The translations under genes were made by a program, and so were the position numbers. From positions 1 to 64,000 of the forward strand of contig JBEGVZ010000043.1 of NCBI GenBank assembly GCA_041178085.1: a stretch of DNA of 64,000 nt, in the 5' to 3' direction. Source of the stretch: Pseudomonadota bacterium (GTDB lineage Bacteria > Bdellovibrionota_B > Oligoflexia > Oligoflexales > RGVZ01). Of this stretch, positions 9,946 to 19,546 are shown in pieces (position 1 is the stretch's first letter; each line of letters starts with the position of its first letter). The notes beneath the pieces were generated by a model. That model was given only the letters and a program-made list of their open reading frames with translations. It was not told where the DNA came from and made no database searches.

Positions 9946-11334
9946 ACTCTTGATCCGGCCCGCTACCGGAGCATGGTCCGCACTATCATCAATCACTTCG
10001 CCGACCAGATCGTATTCAAATGCATCCGAGATCCGGACCTTCTGGATTTCGCCCTTACGAACCGGGCCGTCATTGATCAGAACGACGCCATCCACTTCCG
10101 GGGCTTGCACTGACATGCGCCCCTGCCACAGCAAATCAGATTCATCGCTGGGGCCTTCGGTCAGCACGTCCACCTCACGACCTACGTATTTTCTGAGGTT
10201 GTTCCGGGAAATCTCCTTCTGGAGTTTCATGACCTCATCCAAGCGGCGAGCCTTGGTCTCTTCGTCTATCTGCTCTTTCATCCGGCCTGCCACAGTGCCT
10301 TCTTCCTGGGAGTATGAGAAGCAACCGAGATGGTCGAACTGCTGCTCGGTCACGAACGACTTAAGCTGCTCAAAGTCCTCTTCGGTTTCACCCGGAAAGC
10401 CGACCATCACCGAGGTACGGATGGCAATGCCGGGAACCTTCTCACGCAAACGCCCGAAAACCTCGGCAAGCTGTTTGTGAGTGACGCCGCGGTTCATGGC
10501 TGCCAGGATCCGGTCGCTGCCATGCTGAACCGGAACATCAAGATATTTCACCAGCTTCGGTTGCGACGCCATGAATTCCATGAACTCGTCACTGATGTTT
10601 TCCGGGTACATGTAAAGGCACCGGATCCACTCGATCCCGTCGATCCCGGCCAAGGCGCGGAGCAAGGGAAGAAGCCCCTCTTCATTGCGATCGCGCCCGT
10701 AGGCCGCAAGATCCTGGGCGATCAAGTTGATTTCCTTGACACCTTCCTGCGCCAGTTGCCTGACTTCAGAAACAACGCTGCTCAGGGGCCGGGAACGAAG
10801 GCGCCCGCGGATCGCGGGAATGATGCAGAAAGCGCAGTTGTGCTGGCAACCCTCAGCAACCTTCACGTAGGCCGAATGCCGGGCCAGCGTATTCACGCGC
10901 GGCATGGACTCGTTGTAGAGGTAATGGGTTCGCTTTGCAAAAACGGAACCGGCGGGAACATCGGCAGCCAAAAGCTCCGGCAGGCGTGGAAATTCATCGG
11001 TACCGATGAAAAGATCGACTTCCGGCATGCCGCGTGAAAGCTGGGACTTGTAGCGCTGGGTGAGGCAACCGGCGACCACCACCTTCATCCCAGGTCGTGA
11101 CTTTTTCAGTTCAGCCGCCTGAAGTATCTGATCGATGCTTTCTTCCTTGGCAGACTGGATGAAGCCGCAGGTATTGATGATGATGGCATCGGAGTCGTTG
11201 GCTTCCTGGGAGATCAGCCAATCCGCCTTCAAAAGGGACCCCAGCATGACCTCTGAGTCCACTCTGTTTCGAGCGCAACCCAATGAAATCATGTGAACTT
11301 TTTTCTTGTTTTCGGCAAGATTTTGCAGCATCAA
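9913..11334 (-). CDS. rimO: Ribosomal protein S12 methylthiotransferase
   Basis: SLGCARNRVDSE, NTCGFI, radical SAM CQHNCAFC, APEVDG in the TRAM domain. Confidence 0.95.
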   Translation of the reverse strand: MMLQNLAENKKKVHMISLGCARNRVDSEVMLGSLLKADWLISQEANDSDAIIINTCGFIQSAKEESIDQILQAAELKKSRPGMKVVVAGCLTQRYKSQLSRGMPEVDLFIGTDEFPRLPELLAADVPAGSVFAKRTHYLYNESMPRVNTLARHSAYVKVAEGCQHNCAFCIIPAIRGRLRSRPLSSVVSEVRQLAQEGVKEINLIAQDLAAYGRDRNEEGLLPLLRALAGIDGIEWIRCLYMYPENISDEFMEFMASQPKLVKYLDVPVQHGSDRILAAMNRGVTHKQLAEVFGRLREKVPGIAIRTSVMVGFPGETEEDFEQLKSFVTEQQFDHLGCFSYSQEEGTVAGRMKEQIDEETKARRLDEVMKLQKEISRNNLRKYVGREVDVLTEGPSDESDLLWQGRMSVQAPEVDGVVLINDGPVRKGEIQKVRISDAFEYDLVGEVIDDSADHAPVAGRIKSSETGDCPVQP

Positions 11335-11427
11335 TGGTTCCGGGTTATAATATTAAAAAGCGCCAGTTTTTAACATTTTAATTAAAATAAATCAACAACC
11401 ATCCACACAGATCCGGGGGCGCAAACC

Positions 11428-12324
11428 ATGAAGGGTAAAGGCATCTTCGCCATCGACGGTCAGGCTGTCGATCCGCCTTGGTCGCTCCCCCCCTTCGATC
11501 GCGGCTTTCTATACGGTGAATCCGTGTTCGAGTCCATGAGCGGATTTGGCGACCATGTCTTCGACCTGACAAGGCATATGGAGCGCCTTGAATTCTCAGC
11601 CTCCCATCTGGGCCTGGAGCTTCCGCTGGCTCCGGATCGCATGTCCGTGATGATCAGGTCGCTTGTTGCAGCTGCCGGACTTGAGCGGTCCCACATCCGT
11701 GTTTTCGTGACCACTGGGTCGGGTAAAGGCAAACCGGCGTGGTTTACGTTCGTTACAGAGCCCGAACGGGAGTGGATCGAAGAGGTTGAACGCCTGGTGC
11801 GGGAAGGTGCGGCCCTGATGCCTGCTGAACTCGGCTTCACCGTGCGGGAGACCCAACCAAAGTGGGCAAACTACGGTCGTTCCGCGCGCCCGATACACAG
11901 GGCGATCAAGCAGGGATTCTCTGACATCCTGTGGATCAATTCGGAGCGCGAGGTTGTGGAGGCATCTGCCGCAAATATCTTTTTCATCGGGCGTAACGGG
12001 GAGCAACTCGAACTTGTGACTTCGCCGACACGCAGCGGAGCACTAGAAGGCACCATGCGTGCCTGGGTCATGGAGAGGCTCCGCGAGGCGGGCATCAAGT
12101 GTGACGTGGCGACCATCTATGGCGAGGAAATCCCGCGCTTCGACGAGGCATTCCTGACCTCAAGCCTGAAGGGAATCATTCCAGTCGCACGGATCGGCAC
12201 CCACAAGCTGAACACCTGCCGCACCAAAAGCACGTTCCATGAATTGCTGCGCCTTTTCCGGGCAGCTTTGACTCGCGAGCTCGGCGAACCACTCGACTGG
12301 ATTTCTGGACAAAAACAAAGGTAG
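11428..12324 (+). CDS. Class IV PLP-dependent aminotransferase (PabC/IlvE-like)
   Basis: DRGFLYGESVFES, HMERL, KWANY (PLP lysine), EASAANIF, LEGTMR, EAFLTSS. Confidence 0.85.
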   Translation: MKGKGIFAIDGQAVDPPWSLPPFDRGFLYGESVFESMSGFGDHVFDLTRHMERLEFSASHLGLELPLAPDRMSVMIRSLVAAAGLERSHIRVFVTTGSGKGKPAWFTFVTEPEREWIEEVERLVREGAALMPAELGFTVRETQPKWANYGRSARPIHRAIKQGFSDILWINSEREVVEASAANIFFIGRNGEQLELVTSPTRSGALEGTMRAWVMERLREAGIKCDVATIYGEEIPRFDEAFLTSSLKGIIPVARIGTHKLNTCRTKSTFHELLRLFRAALTRELGEPLDWISGQKQR

Positions 12325-12373
12325 CGTTGGTCCTGTAAAGGATCTCAACGCTACCTGAAACAACTCTAGGAAC

Positions 12374-12940
12374 TTACTTCTTCTTGTTGGCTTTGCTTTT
12401 TGCGGGTTTGCCAGCACCAACCGCTTCTTTCAACGGGGAAGCCGCTTCTTCCTTCGCCTTGGCTGCCGCCTGCTGGGCCTGCGCCGCGTCAATTTCCGCC
12501 GCACGCTTCTTGAGCTCTTCCATCACATTGTGACGGGTCGTGTAGGCCGGATTGTTCAGGACAAGCTGTTGGCCGCGGCGGTTTTTCAAGTTGAAAACCA
12601 GCGGAGCCTTCAAGTTTGCGGTCATGTTCTGGGGGTTGGACGGCATGGTCACGATCACGGAGATCACGGCGTCTTCTTCGGACCCCAGGGCCAGGTCTGC
12701 AACTTCCGCCTCAGAAACTTCGACCGTGTATTCCGGGTTGAACAGAAGCGGGTTAATCAGGACAAAAGCGATACCGCCATCCTGCAGCGACTGGAGCCAC
12801 TTGAACGGTGACTCTTTGTCGTGATCCAGCAACACGTACCTGGTCAACTCAGGGAAACCGATCAAGCCCCTTGGGAGTTCGATCACGTCGGATTCCCGTA
12901 CCTCAATTTCGCCAAATCGGGTTGTTTTGACCTGAATCAA
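12374..12940 (-). CDS. fliW: Flagellar assembly factor FliW
   Basis: TTRFG, GLIGFP, FKWLQS, TANLKAPLV. TTG start at 12940 after AGAGGAG; adjacent to csrA. Confidence 0.93.
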   Translation of the reverse strand: MIQVKTTRFGEIEVRESDVIELPRGLIGFPELTRYVLLDHDKESPFKWLQSLQDGGIAFVLINPLLFNPEYTVEVSEAEVADLALGSEEDAVISVIVTMPSNPQNMTANLKAPLVFNLKNRRGQQLVLNNPAYTTRHNVMEELKKRAAEIDAAQAQQAAAKAKEEAASPLKEAVGAGKPAKSKANKKK

Positions 12941-13072
12941 GGCATGCTCCTCTTTGCGTCGAGCGACAGCCAAAAGGCACGAATTCAAATTTAACTTATT
13001 TCCTGACTAACAGTGTAAACCACGGCTGCACAAAAGTTCAAGCTTTTCCTCAGATAATTACCGGCAATTGCA

Positions 13073-13375
13073 TCACTCATCGCCCTGTTTGGGCGGGCGC
13101 ACGGTCCTGCGAAGAGGGGATCTTTGCGGGGTTTGATCATCTTGATCCCGCGAACCGATAAGCTGCGAGGCCTGCTGCACAGCCCTTTCATCGGAAACCG
13201 ACGCCCGGCGGTTTTCCTCTTGGATCCGCTGGTAGATCTCCTCACGGTGAACAATGGTCGACGGCCCGGCCTTGATCCCAAGCCGCACCTGCTTGCCCTT
13301 GATTTGCATCACGACGATCTTGATATCGTCGCCGATGGCGATTCCTTCGCCAACTTTCCTTGTCAGTACCAGCAC
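13073..13375 (-). CDS. csrA: Carbon storage regulator CsrA with a C-terminal extension
   Basis: [18 protein letters not shown]...VRLGIKA...VHREEIY. Confidence 0.95.
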   Translation of the reverse strand: MLVLTRKVGEGIAIGDDIKIVVMQIKGKQVRLGIKAGPSTIVHREEIYQRIQEENRRASVSDERAVQQASQLIGSRDQDDQTPQRSPLRRTVRPPKQGDE

Positions 13376-13508
13376 CTTACCCTCCCTGGTAATCCGGCGG
13401 CCAGGGACTTGGTCCCGGCGACCAGACAGGCGCCATCAAAGACTCACCGACTCAATTCTACGCCAATTCTCTGCAGGATCAAAAACCCTGCCGGCCGACC
13501 CGCCTTTC

Positions 13509-14414
13509 CTACTGCAAAAAGTTCAGCAATGAAGGTTGCAGGAGCTTGGTAGAAGCCAAAAGCGTACTCTGCAGGATAGCTTCACTGCGGCGGAATTCAG
13601 AAGACGTTTCGAAGATGTCTGCATCAAAGACATTGGAAATGGATCCCTTGTCGAGCTCGATCGTACGCGCAGAGCGTTCCGACGCCGCGTTCAAGGAGTT
13701 GACCACGCTTCCCACCTTGGCCTGGAAGGCAGAAGTCTTTTCCAGCTGAAAGTCCAGCTCACTCACCGCGAAGCGAATGCTGTCCTTCGAGTTGCTGACC
13801 AGGCCCGCAAGCAGGTTTTCCGCCGTATCAAGCAGGTCAGTATGCCCTGCGGCACGTTCATCCTGGTCCGCCTCGAAGAGCTGACGGGCCTGCAGGTTGA
13901 CCTGCTGAAACTGGTTGTCACCAACCTGCAACATCAGGGCTCCGTCATCGCCCATGTATTTTCCGTCCAGACTGAGAGTCGGCATGTTGGAACGAAAGCC
14001 GGAAAAGACGAAACGGTTGTTGAAGGTCGTATTGCCCTGCTGGACGATGTCTTTGATGACTTCCCGGACTTCTTCGGCCGCAGCCAGGCGGCTGGAATGG
14101 TCGTAGGTATCATTCGCCATGCCGATCGCAAGTTCCTTGAGGCGCATCAGGTTTTCCTGGATTGCGCTGACGGCCGTCTCGCTGCGTTCGAGCATCCCCT
14201 TGGAGAACTCGACGTTCTTCTGGAACTGGCCGTTGGTCGCGATCCGGTCCTTCAGACGCACGGCGCTGGCCACGCCGATCGGATCATCCGAGACACGGTT
14301 GATCTTCTTCTGGGTGGAAAGCTGTTCCAGGGACTTCGCGTTCTGGGCTTTGGCAGCCTCAACACGCGAACCCACCATTTCGTAACGATGCCGGTCTGTC
14401 ACTCGCACAAACAA
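13509..14414 (-). CDS. flgL: Flagellar hook-associated protein 3
   Basis: Flagellin-like N-terminus (KKINRVSDDP), FVFSG, C-terminal SLLNFLQ; follows flgK. Confidence 0.9.
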   Translation of the reverse strand: MFVRVTDRHRYEMVGSRVEAAKAQNAKSLEQLSTQKKINRVSDDPIGVASAVRLKDRIATNGQFQKNVEFSKGMLERSETAVSAIQENLMRLKELAIGMANDTYDHSSRLAAAEEVREVIKDIVQQGNTTFNNRFVFSGFRSNMPTLSLDGKYMGDDGALMLQVGDNQFQQVNLQARQLFEADQDERAAGHTDLLDTAENLLAGLVSNSKDSIRFAVSELDFQLEKTSAFQAKVGSVVNSLNAASERSARTIELDKGSISNVFDADIFETSSEFRRSEAILQSTLLASTKLLQPSLLNFLQ

Positions 14415-14435
14415 GCCCTCAATAGATCATCGGAA

Positions 14436-15857
14436 TCAACGCTTGATGCTCAACACGGTCTCGAGCATTTCATCAACCGTCGTGATCAGCTTGGATGAAG
14501 CTGCAAAGTTCGCCTGCCAGCGCATCAGGTTGGTTGCTTCTTCGTCAAGGGACACACCACTCACGGCCTCGCGCCGATTTTGCAGGTCCTTGACCAGAAC
14601 CTCCTCTGCATCGTTGACATGCTCAGCCCGCAGGACCTCGGTTCCGAATTCGCCGATCATGTCAGAATAGAATTGCTGGAAATCCGACCGCCCCCCGAGG
14701 ATCTTGCTGTCTTTCAATGCGATCAACTTGTTGCCGATCACGTTATCGCCGACAGCCATTGGAGTACTGGCAAAGGAGATTGCATTGGTACTGGCTTCGA
14801 TCGCGTCGTCCAAAGACATTTTGCCAGCGGCCGAGCGGATGTCGTCCACCGGCTTGAAAAGGTTCCGTCCCGCCGCATGCTGGAATTCACCAACCCCGAA
14901 CCCTTGCTGGTGCACTGAATTGATGCTTTCAGTCATTGCTGCGGCCAGCTGATTGTTCTTCATGGACAGCTCCGGGATCAACTTGTCGCGCACTTCCATC
15001 AGTGCGCTGATCTCCCCGTTACCGACATATTTTGAAAGGGTGAAGTCCATGCCACCTTCACTGCCCTCGACCCGTATGTCAAACAACCCGCCATTTTCCT
15101 GACTGGGTTCGCAATAAAGATGCGTGGCCATGACGCCATCGACCAGCATGCTATCGCCCGGGCCGCGGACACAAATCATGCCCCGGTTGTTTTCGTAGTA
15201 GCTGATGTCAATCTTGCGGGTGATTTCCCTCAGGATGCGGTCGCGCTCATCCCTGAGGTCATTGGCAAATACCCCGGGAACGACCTCTTGTTCCTGAATC
15301 TGCCCATTCAACCGGGCAATCTGCTGCATCGCATCGTCTACGCGGGTGACCTCGTGGGCAACCCTCTGGTTCAGGTCAGCACGCTCACGCTCAAGGCCAG
15401 AGTCAACACGTTGAAAAGCCTGGGCAAGGCTACGCGCCGCTTCCTTGAATGAGGTGCGGATGGTCACATCGTCCGGGAAACTCGACAGGTTCTGGGCTGC
15501 ATTGAAGAAATTCGAGATCTCAACATCAACTCCAGATTGCAAGTCCGGGCTAAAAATTCCCTCCAGCTGGCGCAGCGCATTCAACTTCGCGTTGCTGGCT
15601 CCCGCACTCTGATTGGCGCGGTTGAGTTGCTTCTCGTTCCACTGGTCGTGAGCGCGTTCGATATTTTCGGCGTACGCACCTGCACCAAGGAGCACGCCCC
15701 TTGTCTCATGCGGCGCACGCGCGCGGACGTTCACCCGCTGCCGGGAATATCCGTCCACCTGAGCATTGGCGATGTTATGACCAGCGGTATCGACACCCAT
15801 GCGAGTCACTGAGAGCGACTCGCTGCCGATATTCAGGGTCCTGAAGAGACCTGACAT
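14436..15857 (-). CDS. flgK: Flagellar hook-associated protein 1
   Basis: GHNIANA..GYSRQ, ANDLRDERD, SGVSLDEEATNLM. Confidence 0.93.
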   Translation of the reverse strand: MSGLFRTLNIGSESLSVTRMGVDTAGHNIANAQVDGYSRQRVNVRARAPHETRGVLLGAGAYAENIERAHDQWNEKQLNRANQSAGASNAKLNALRQLEGIFSPDLQSGVDVEISNFFNAAQNLSSFPDDVTIRTSFKEAARSLAQAFQRVDSGLERERADLNQRVAHEVTRVDDAMQQIARLNGQIQEQEVVPGVFANDLRDERDRILREITRKIDISYYENNRGMICVRGPGDSMLVDGVMATHLYCEPSQENGGLFDIRVEGSEGGMDFTLSKYVGNGEISALMEVRDKLIPELSMKNNQLAAAMTESINSVHQQGFGVGEFQHAAGRNLFKPVDDIRSAAGKMSLDDAIEASTNAISFASTPMAVGDNVIGNKLIALKDSKILGGRSDFQQFYSDMIGEFGTEVLRAEHVNDAEEVLVKDLQNRREAVSGVSLDEEATNLMRWQANFAASSKLITTVDEMLETVLSIKR

Positions 15858-15891
15858 GGGACACCCGCCAGATTAACAGTTACGAAAATGA

Positions 15892-16533
15892 TCACGCCTT
15901 GACACGGATCCCGGATGCAACATTCGTCGTGCGTTGGACACCGCGCGCATCGTATGGCGCCTGTGTCTCGGACGCCATTTCAAGCCAGAACCGGTAACTG
16001 TCCTGGTAACTCTGAGCCAGTTTCTCAAGAAGCAGGCGATTGGCCTCAACCTTTGGCTTTGCCTTCTCTGCCAGCTCAAGGAAAGCTTCAAGCTCAAGCG
16101 TACTCGATGCCAACAAGCGTTGCAGGATCTCGCGCGCAAGCACTGGAATGCCATCAAGGGCAGGTCCACCTGCCAGCGCCTCTGCCAGGTCGACCAGATG
16201 ACGCAAACTTTCAGAGATCGTAGCCGGCGCCTGGATCACCCGTCCCGTAAAACGCTGGACAATGGTTGGTATGCGACGCGTTTGTTCGATCAGCCCCGCA
16301 TGCACCGCACAAATCTCATCGCAGACGATGCCCTTGGCATCACCGGCCTGGCGGATGATGTTGAAATTACCAGTGACCACAGCATCGTGTTCGGCAGCGA
16401 TCAGGGCGGGAAGTTTTTCGTAGAGCTCGCCGAGGGCGCGGACACTGTTGCGAAAACTGGTCACCAGGTCGACGAGCTGGTCGATCCCACGCTGACTGGG
16501 CAGGTTTTCGTCGTATTTTCTGTCCTGGCTCAT
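15892..16533 (-). CDS. flgN: FlgN-like flagellar export chaperone (extended)
   Basis: Helical protein lying between flgM and flgK, with NRLLL and a C-terminal YDARG motif. Confidence 0.65.
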   Translation of the reverse strand: MSQDRKYDENLPSQRGIDQLVDLVTSFRNSVRALGELYEKLPALIAAEHDAVVTGNFNIIRQAGDAKGIVCDEICAVHAGLIEQTRRIPTIVQRFTGRVIQAPATISESLRHLVDLAEALAGGPALDGIPVLAREILQRLLASSTLELEAFLELAEKAKPKVEANRLLLEKLAQSYQDSYRFWLEMASETQAPYDARGVQRTTNVASGIRVKA

Positions 16534-16564
16534 GGCTTCCTGCTTCGCAATGGTTGGAGTTTAA

Positions 16565-16927
16565 TCACACCCTTGTCTTGGATTCGCCTTCGGCCAGGTA
16601 TTCCAGCAATGCCTCTCGGGCGATGCCGTCGGCGATCTTGCCGGCATCCGGCTTGTATGTCCCGGCCTGGATCTGCTTTTTCAGCGCTGCGACGCGTTCT
16701 TCACGCACGTCTGGAGTGGCCTTCGCAATCTCAAACGCCTTCTTGTGTGCCTCTGCAAGCTGGCGTGCCTGCGGTGACAACGCAACGTTGGCGCCCGATG
16801 TACCTGGCGAAGAGGCCTGCTGCTGACCTGCGCCCTTTACGCTCGTCGCAGTGCTGGTTCCGGTCTGTGCCGTCCCGGTTACATTACCGGGTTGCACGGC
16901 CTGCCCTGAAACCTTGCGCGTTTCCAT
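16565..16927 (-). CDS. flgM: Anti-sigma-28 factor FlgM
   Basis: VALSPQAR, PDVREERVAALKKQIQAGTYKPD..KIAD. Confidence 0.92.
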   Translation of the reverse strand: METRKVSGQAVQPGNVTGTAQTGTSTATSVKGAGQQQASSPGTSGANVALSPQARQLAEAHKKAFEIAKATPDVREERVAALKKQIQAGTYKPDAGKIADGIAREALLEYLAEGESKTRV

Positions 16928-17080
16928 TGTCGACCTCCGTCCGTTTCCTGGATGGTCCTGGCAAGTGACCAGTGACCCTGACTGTCTTCATTGTCGCCTG
17001 TTTTACCAAGCCAGACAATGTCCCCAAGCCTTGAAAGATGCGGGTTCCAAACATATTGTCAGTTGGCCCGCCCAAACAAT

Positions 17081-17515
17081 TCAGGGAATTTTTCCTTTTG
17101 ATACAGCCTGATATCCAGCCAGACCCTGAAACTTTGCCGCACGCAGGGCCGCCGCGTCCGTCTTGACTCCCATCGAGGAAAGCAGCTGGCTTTCAATGTT
17201 GCCCGCGATACCGGTCATGTTCTGCGCAGACATTTGTTTGGCGTACTCGGAATCCAGCATGGACTGGTACATCTGTTCGGCATTGCCGCCGTCAATCAGA
17301 CCGCTCTTCTGCACGCTGTCGCGCATTGTCTTGAGCATCATCTCCAGGAAAATCGCCTCAAATTCCTGGGCGGACTGCTTGACGCGCGCAATGTCTTTCG
17401 GGGAAACAGACTCCCCCTTCGCCACACCCGTCGCTGTTTTAGGAGCGATCGCCTGAGCAGGCGCGTTGCCCGTAGTGATCGCATTAGCGTTGGCTGATTT
17501 GATCGCAGTCATCAC
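17081..17515 (-). CDS. flgJ: FlgJ rod-binding protein (no muramidase domain)
   Basis: AQEFEAIFLEMMLKTMR and YQSMLDSEYA rod-binding motifs; follows flgI. Confidence 0.88.
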   Translation of the reverse strand: MMTAIKSANANAITTGNAPAQAIAPKTATGVAKGESVSPKDIARVKQSAQEFEAIFLEMMLKTMRDSVQKSGLIDGGNAEQMYQSMLDSEYAKQMSAQNMTGIAGNIESQLLSSMGVKTDAAALRAAKFQGLAGYQAVSKGKIP

Positions 17516-18543
17516 ATCACCCGCAGGTCGGCCTTGAGTGCACCGGCCGTCTTCAATGAGTTGAGGATGCTGACCAAGTCTGCAGGCTTTACGCCCATGG
17601 CATTGAGGGACTTGACCAGGCTACCCACCGATGTTCCGTTGACATCGACAATTGTCTCGCGACCGGCGGAATCCTTTTGCTTCCCGCCAACCTGGATCGA
17701 GAGGTCACCATGAGATATGGAAACCGGGCTGACGAGCACATCACCACCCATCACAACCGTTCCGGTGCGTTCGTTGAGAACCACCACCGCCGGACGATCG
17801 GCCGAAACCTTCAAGGATTCCATCTCGGAGACAAATTCGACCACCTTCCCCTCGAAGTTGGGCGGAATCCTGACTTTGACTGCCGATGGATCAACAGCTT
17901 CTGCGTAGAAACCACGAAAGTGGGCGTTGATCACGTCACAGATGCGTTGCGTAGTCGTGAAATCCGCGTCTTTGAGGGCGAGGGTGATGGCTCCGGTCTT
18001 CGCAAAATCAACCGCAATCTCACGCTCCACCGTCGCCGCATCCGGAATCGTCGCCACTGTCTGGACTTGCGTACCAGAACCAGATGCCTTTCCAATCACG
18101 ACGCTACCCTGGGCAACAGCGTAGGTTTTGCCATCGGCAGCGCGCAATGGCGTGATAACCAGATTGCCGCCAGCCAGTGACTTCGCGTCACCAACGGTAG
18201 AAACCTTGACGTCAAACTTGTCACCGTTGCGAGCAAAAGGCGGCAAGTCTGCCGTCACCATCACGATGGCCATGGTGCCCGGCACGATTTCCTCTTCCTT
18301 CATCTGCATGCCAAGGCGGGACATCATGCTGGCTGCAGCCCGGTTCGTCGCCAGGGATTTCTTGGAATCACCCGATCCGTTCAAACCCACCACCAGACCA
18401 AGCCCGTAAACCTGGTTGGTACGCACACCACGGATGTGAACCATGTCCTTCAACCGGACTTCCTGACCCCACGCGACCGATGGAATCCACAGCGTCATGA
18501 GAGCGACCAGGGCGAGTACCCAACCATCACTTCTTCTTGTCAT
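17512..18543 (-). CDS. flgI: Flagellar P-ring protein
   Basis: RLKD..GVRTNQVYGLGLVVGLNGSGD, GDAKSLAGG, NERTGTVVMG. True start at ATG 18543 with RBS and signal peptide. Confidence 0.95.
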   Translation of the reverse strand: MTRRSDGWVLALVALMTLWIPSVAWGQEVRLKDMVHIRGVRTNQVYGLGLVVGLNGSGDSKKSLATNRAAASMMSRLGMQMKEEEIVPGTMAIVMVTADLPPFARNGDKFDVKVSTVGDAKSLAGGNLVITPLRAADGKTYAVAQGSVVIGKASGSGTQVQTVATIPDAATVEREIAVDFAKTGAITLALKDADFTTTQRICDVINAHFRGFYAEAVDPSAVKVRIPPNFEGKVVEFVSEMESLKVSADRPAVVVLNERTGTVVMGGDVLVSPVSISHGDLSIQVGGKQKDSAGRETIVDVNGTSVGSLVKSLNAMGVKPADLVSILNSLKTAGALKADLRVM

Positions 18544-19546
18544 CGGTCTTCCCTCCCTTGGTAGCATCAGCTGCCTTGGCGTCGGTCGCTTTGGCGTCCG
18601 TGGTCTTCCCATCAGCAGCCGGGGCAGGTGCCGGGACATTTTTCTGAAGTTCGGCAACCTTTGCCTCTGTCTCACGCAACTTTTGCTGCAATTCGTCGCG
18701 TTGCTTTGCTGAACGGGTGCGTTCGTCATTCATCTTGCGCGACTCTTCAGCCAGCTTCTCACGGGCCAACTCGACTTGCCGGCGGCCTTCTTCAACGGCA
18801 ATCGCCTCTTTCGAACGCAGCTCCTCAAAACCGCTCAGGCGCAGAGAATACTCGTCTTCCCAGCTCGTGGAGCGACGCTCGGTCGCTTGAGTGCCGTCGT
18901 AATCAGTCCAAGCGACATCGTACAGGTCCGCAGTGGAGAGCTTCCCACCGGGCACCATCTTTTCGGCTGGGACAAGAGCTTTTGCATGAAACTCACGAAA
19001 CTCACCATTACGGGAGGAGCTTCGTGTCACGCTGATCACGCCATCGCCGCCGGGGAGTATTGTCTCCAGTCGAGCCTTGAAAGACTTCAGTGGTGCGGCA
19101 CCAGGCTCAAGAGGTTCCAGCTTCGGTATCGACGCGGTCAAACCATCCGCGGGAGCGGCCTCCGCCTTGGACGCACCCCCTTGCTTCTTGTCTTCCGCCT
19201 TCACGCCACGCGCGGTGATGACCTCGATGTCAAGAAACATGCCGGGACGCATGGGGCTGCGGACAAAAAGATTTGCCCCGGGATCATCCACCGGGAATAG
19301 CGATCCTGTGCCATCTGGATCAACCGGCGCTTCTTTGATCGATGTGCGGCGTTCCTTTACGTAAACATCCTGCTTCTGCGGTTCCATCGCAGGGCCGTGC
19401 ACAACAGGCGTTGCATCGACCGGGTCAATCGGACGTTCCGAAATGGTCTCGGTTGAATGGCATGCAGGAAACAACAAGGATACAACCACAGCAATCAGCG
19501 CCAGAATCGTCAAGTCAATCGATTTGTTCAATGTCTTGTCCATCAC
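18527..19546 (-). CDS. flgH: Divergent flagellar L-ring lipoprotein (FlgH position) with a C-terminal coiled coil
   Basis: Lies between flgA and flgI; lipobox LFPAC, GSLF motif, ARLETILPGGDGVI resembling the FlgH V.EVLPNGNL.I motif. Confidence 0.6.
   Translation of the reverse strand: MMDKTLNKSIDLTILALIAVVVSLLFPACHSTETISERPIDPVDATPVVHGPAMEPQKQDVYVKERRTSIKEAPVDPDGTGSLFPVDDPGANLFVRSPMRPGMFLDIEVITARGVKAEDKKQGGASKAEAAPADGLTASIPKLEPLEPGAAPLKSFKARLETILPGGDGVISVTRSSSRNGEFREFHAKALVPAEKMVPGGKLSTADLYDVAWTDYDGTQATERRSTSWEDEYSLRLSGFEELRSKEAIAVEEGRRQVELAREKLAEESRKMNDERTRSAKQRDELQQKLRETEAKVAELQKNVPAPAPAADGKTTDAKATDAKAADATKGGKTDDKKK

Noticed and set aside
11335..11427. AT-rich tract suggesting foreign DNA
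   Set aside because: Short and confined to a divergent promoter gap between rimO and the aminotransferase; no mobility genes.
13536..16968. Long plus-strand ORFs (320 aa and 344 aa) over flgL and flgN/flgM
   Set aside because: Antisense to clear flagellar genes, with no recognisable motifs.
18544..18729. N-terminal 62 aa of the predicted 405-aa FlgI ORF
   Set aside because: Overlaps flgH in another frame; the RBS and signal peptide indicate a start at 18543.
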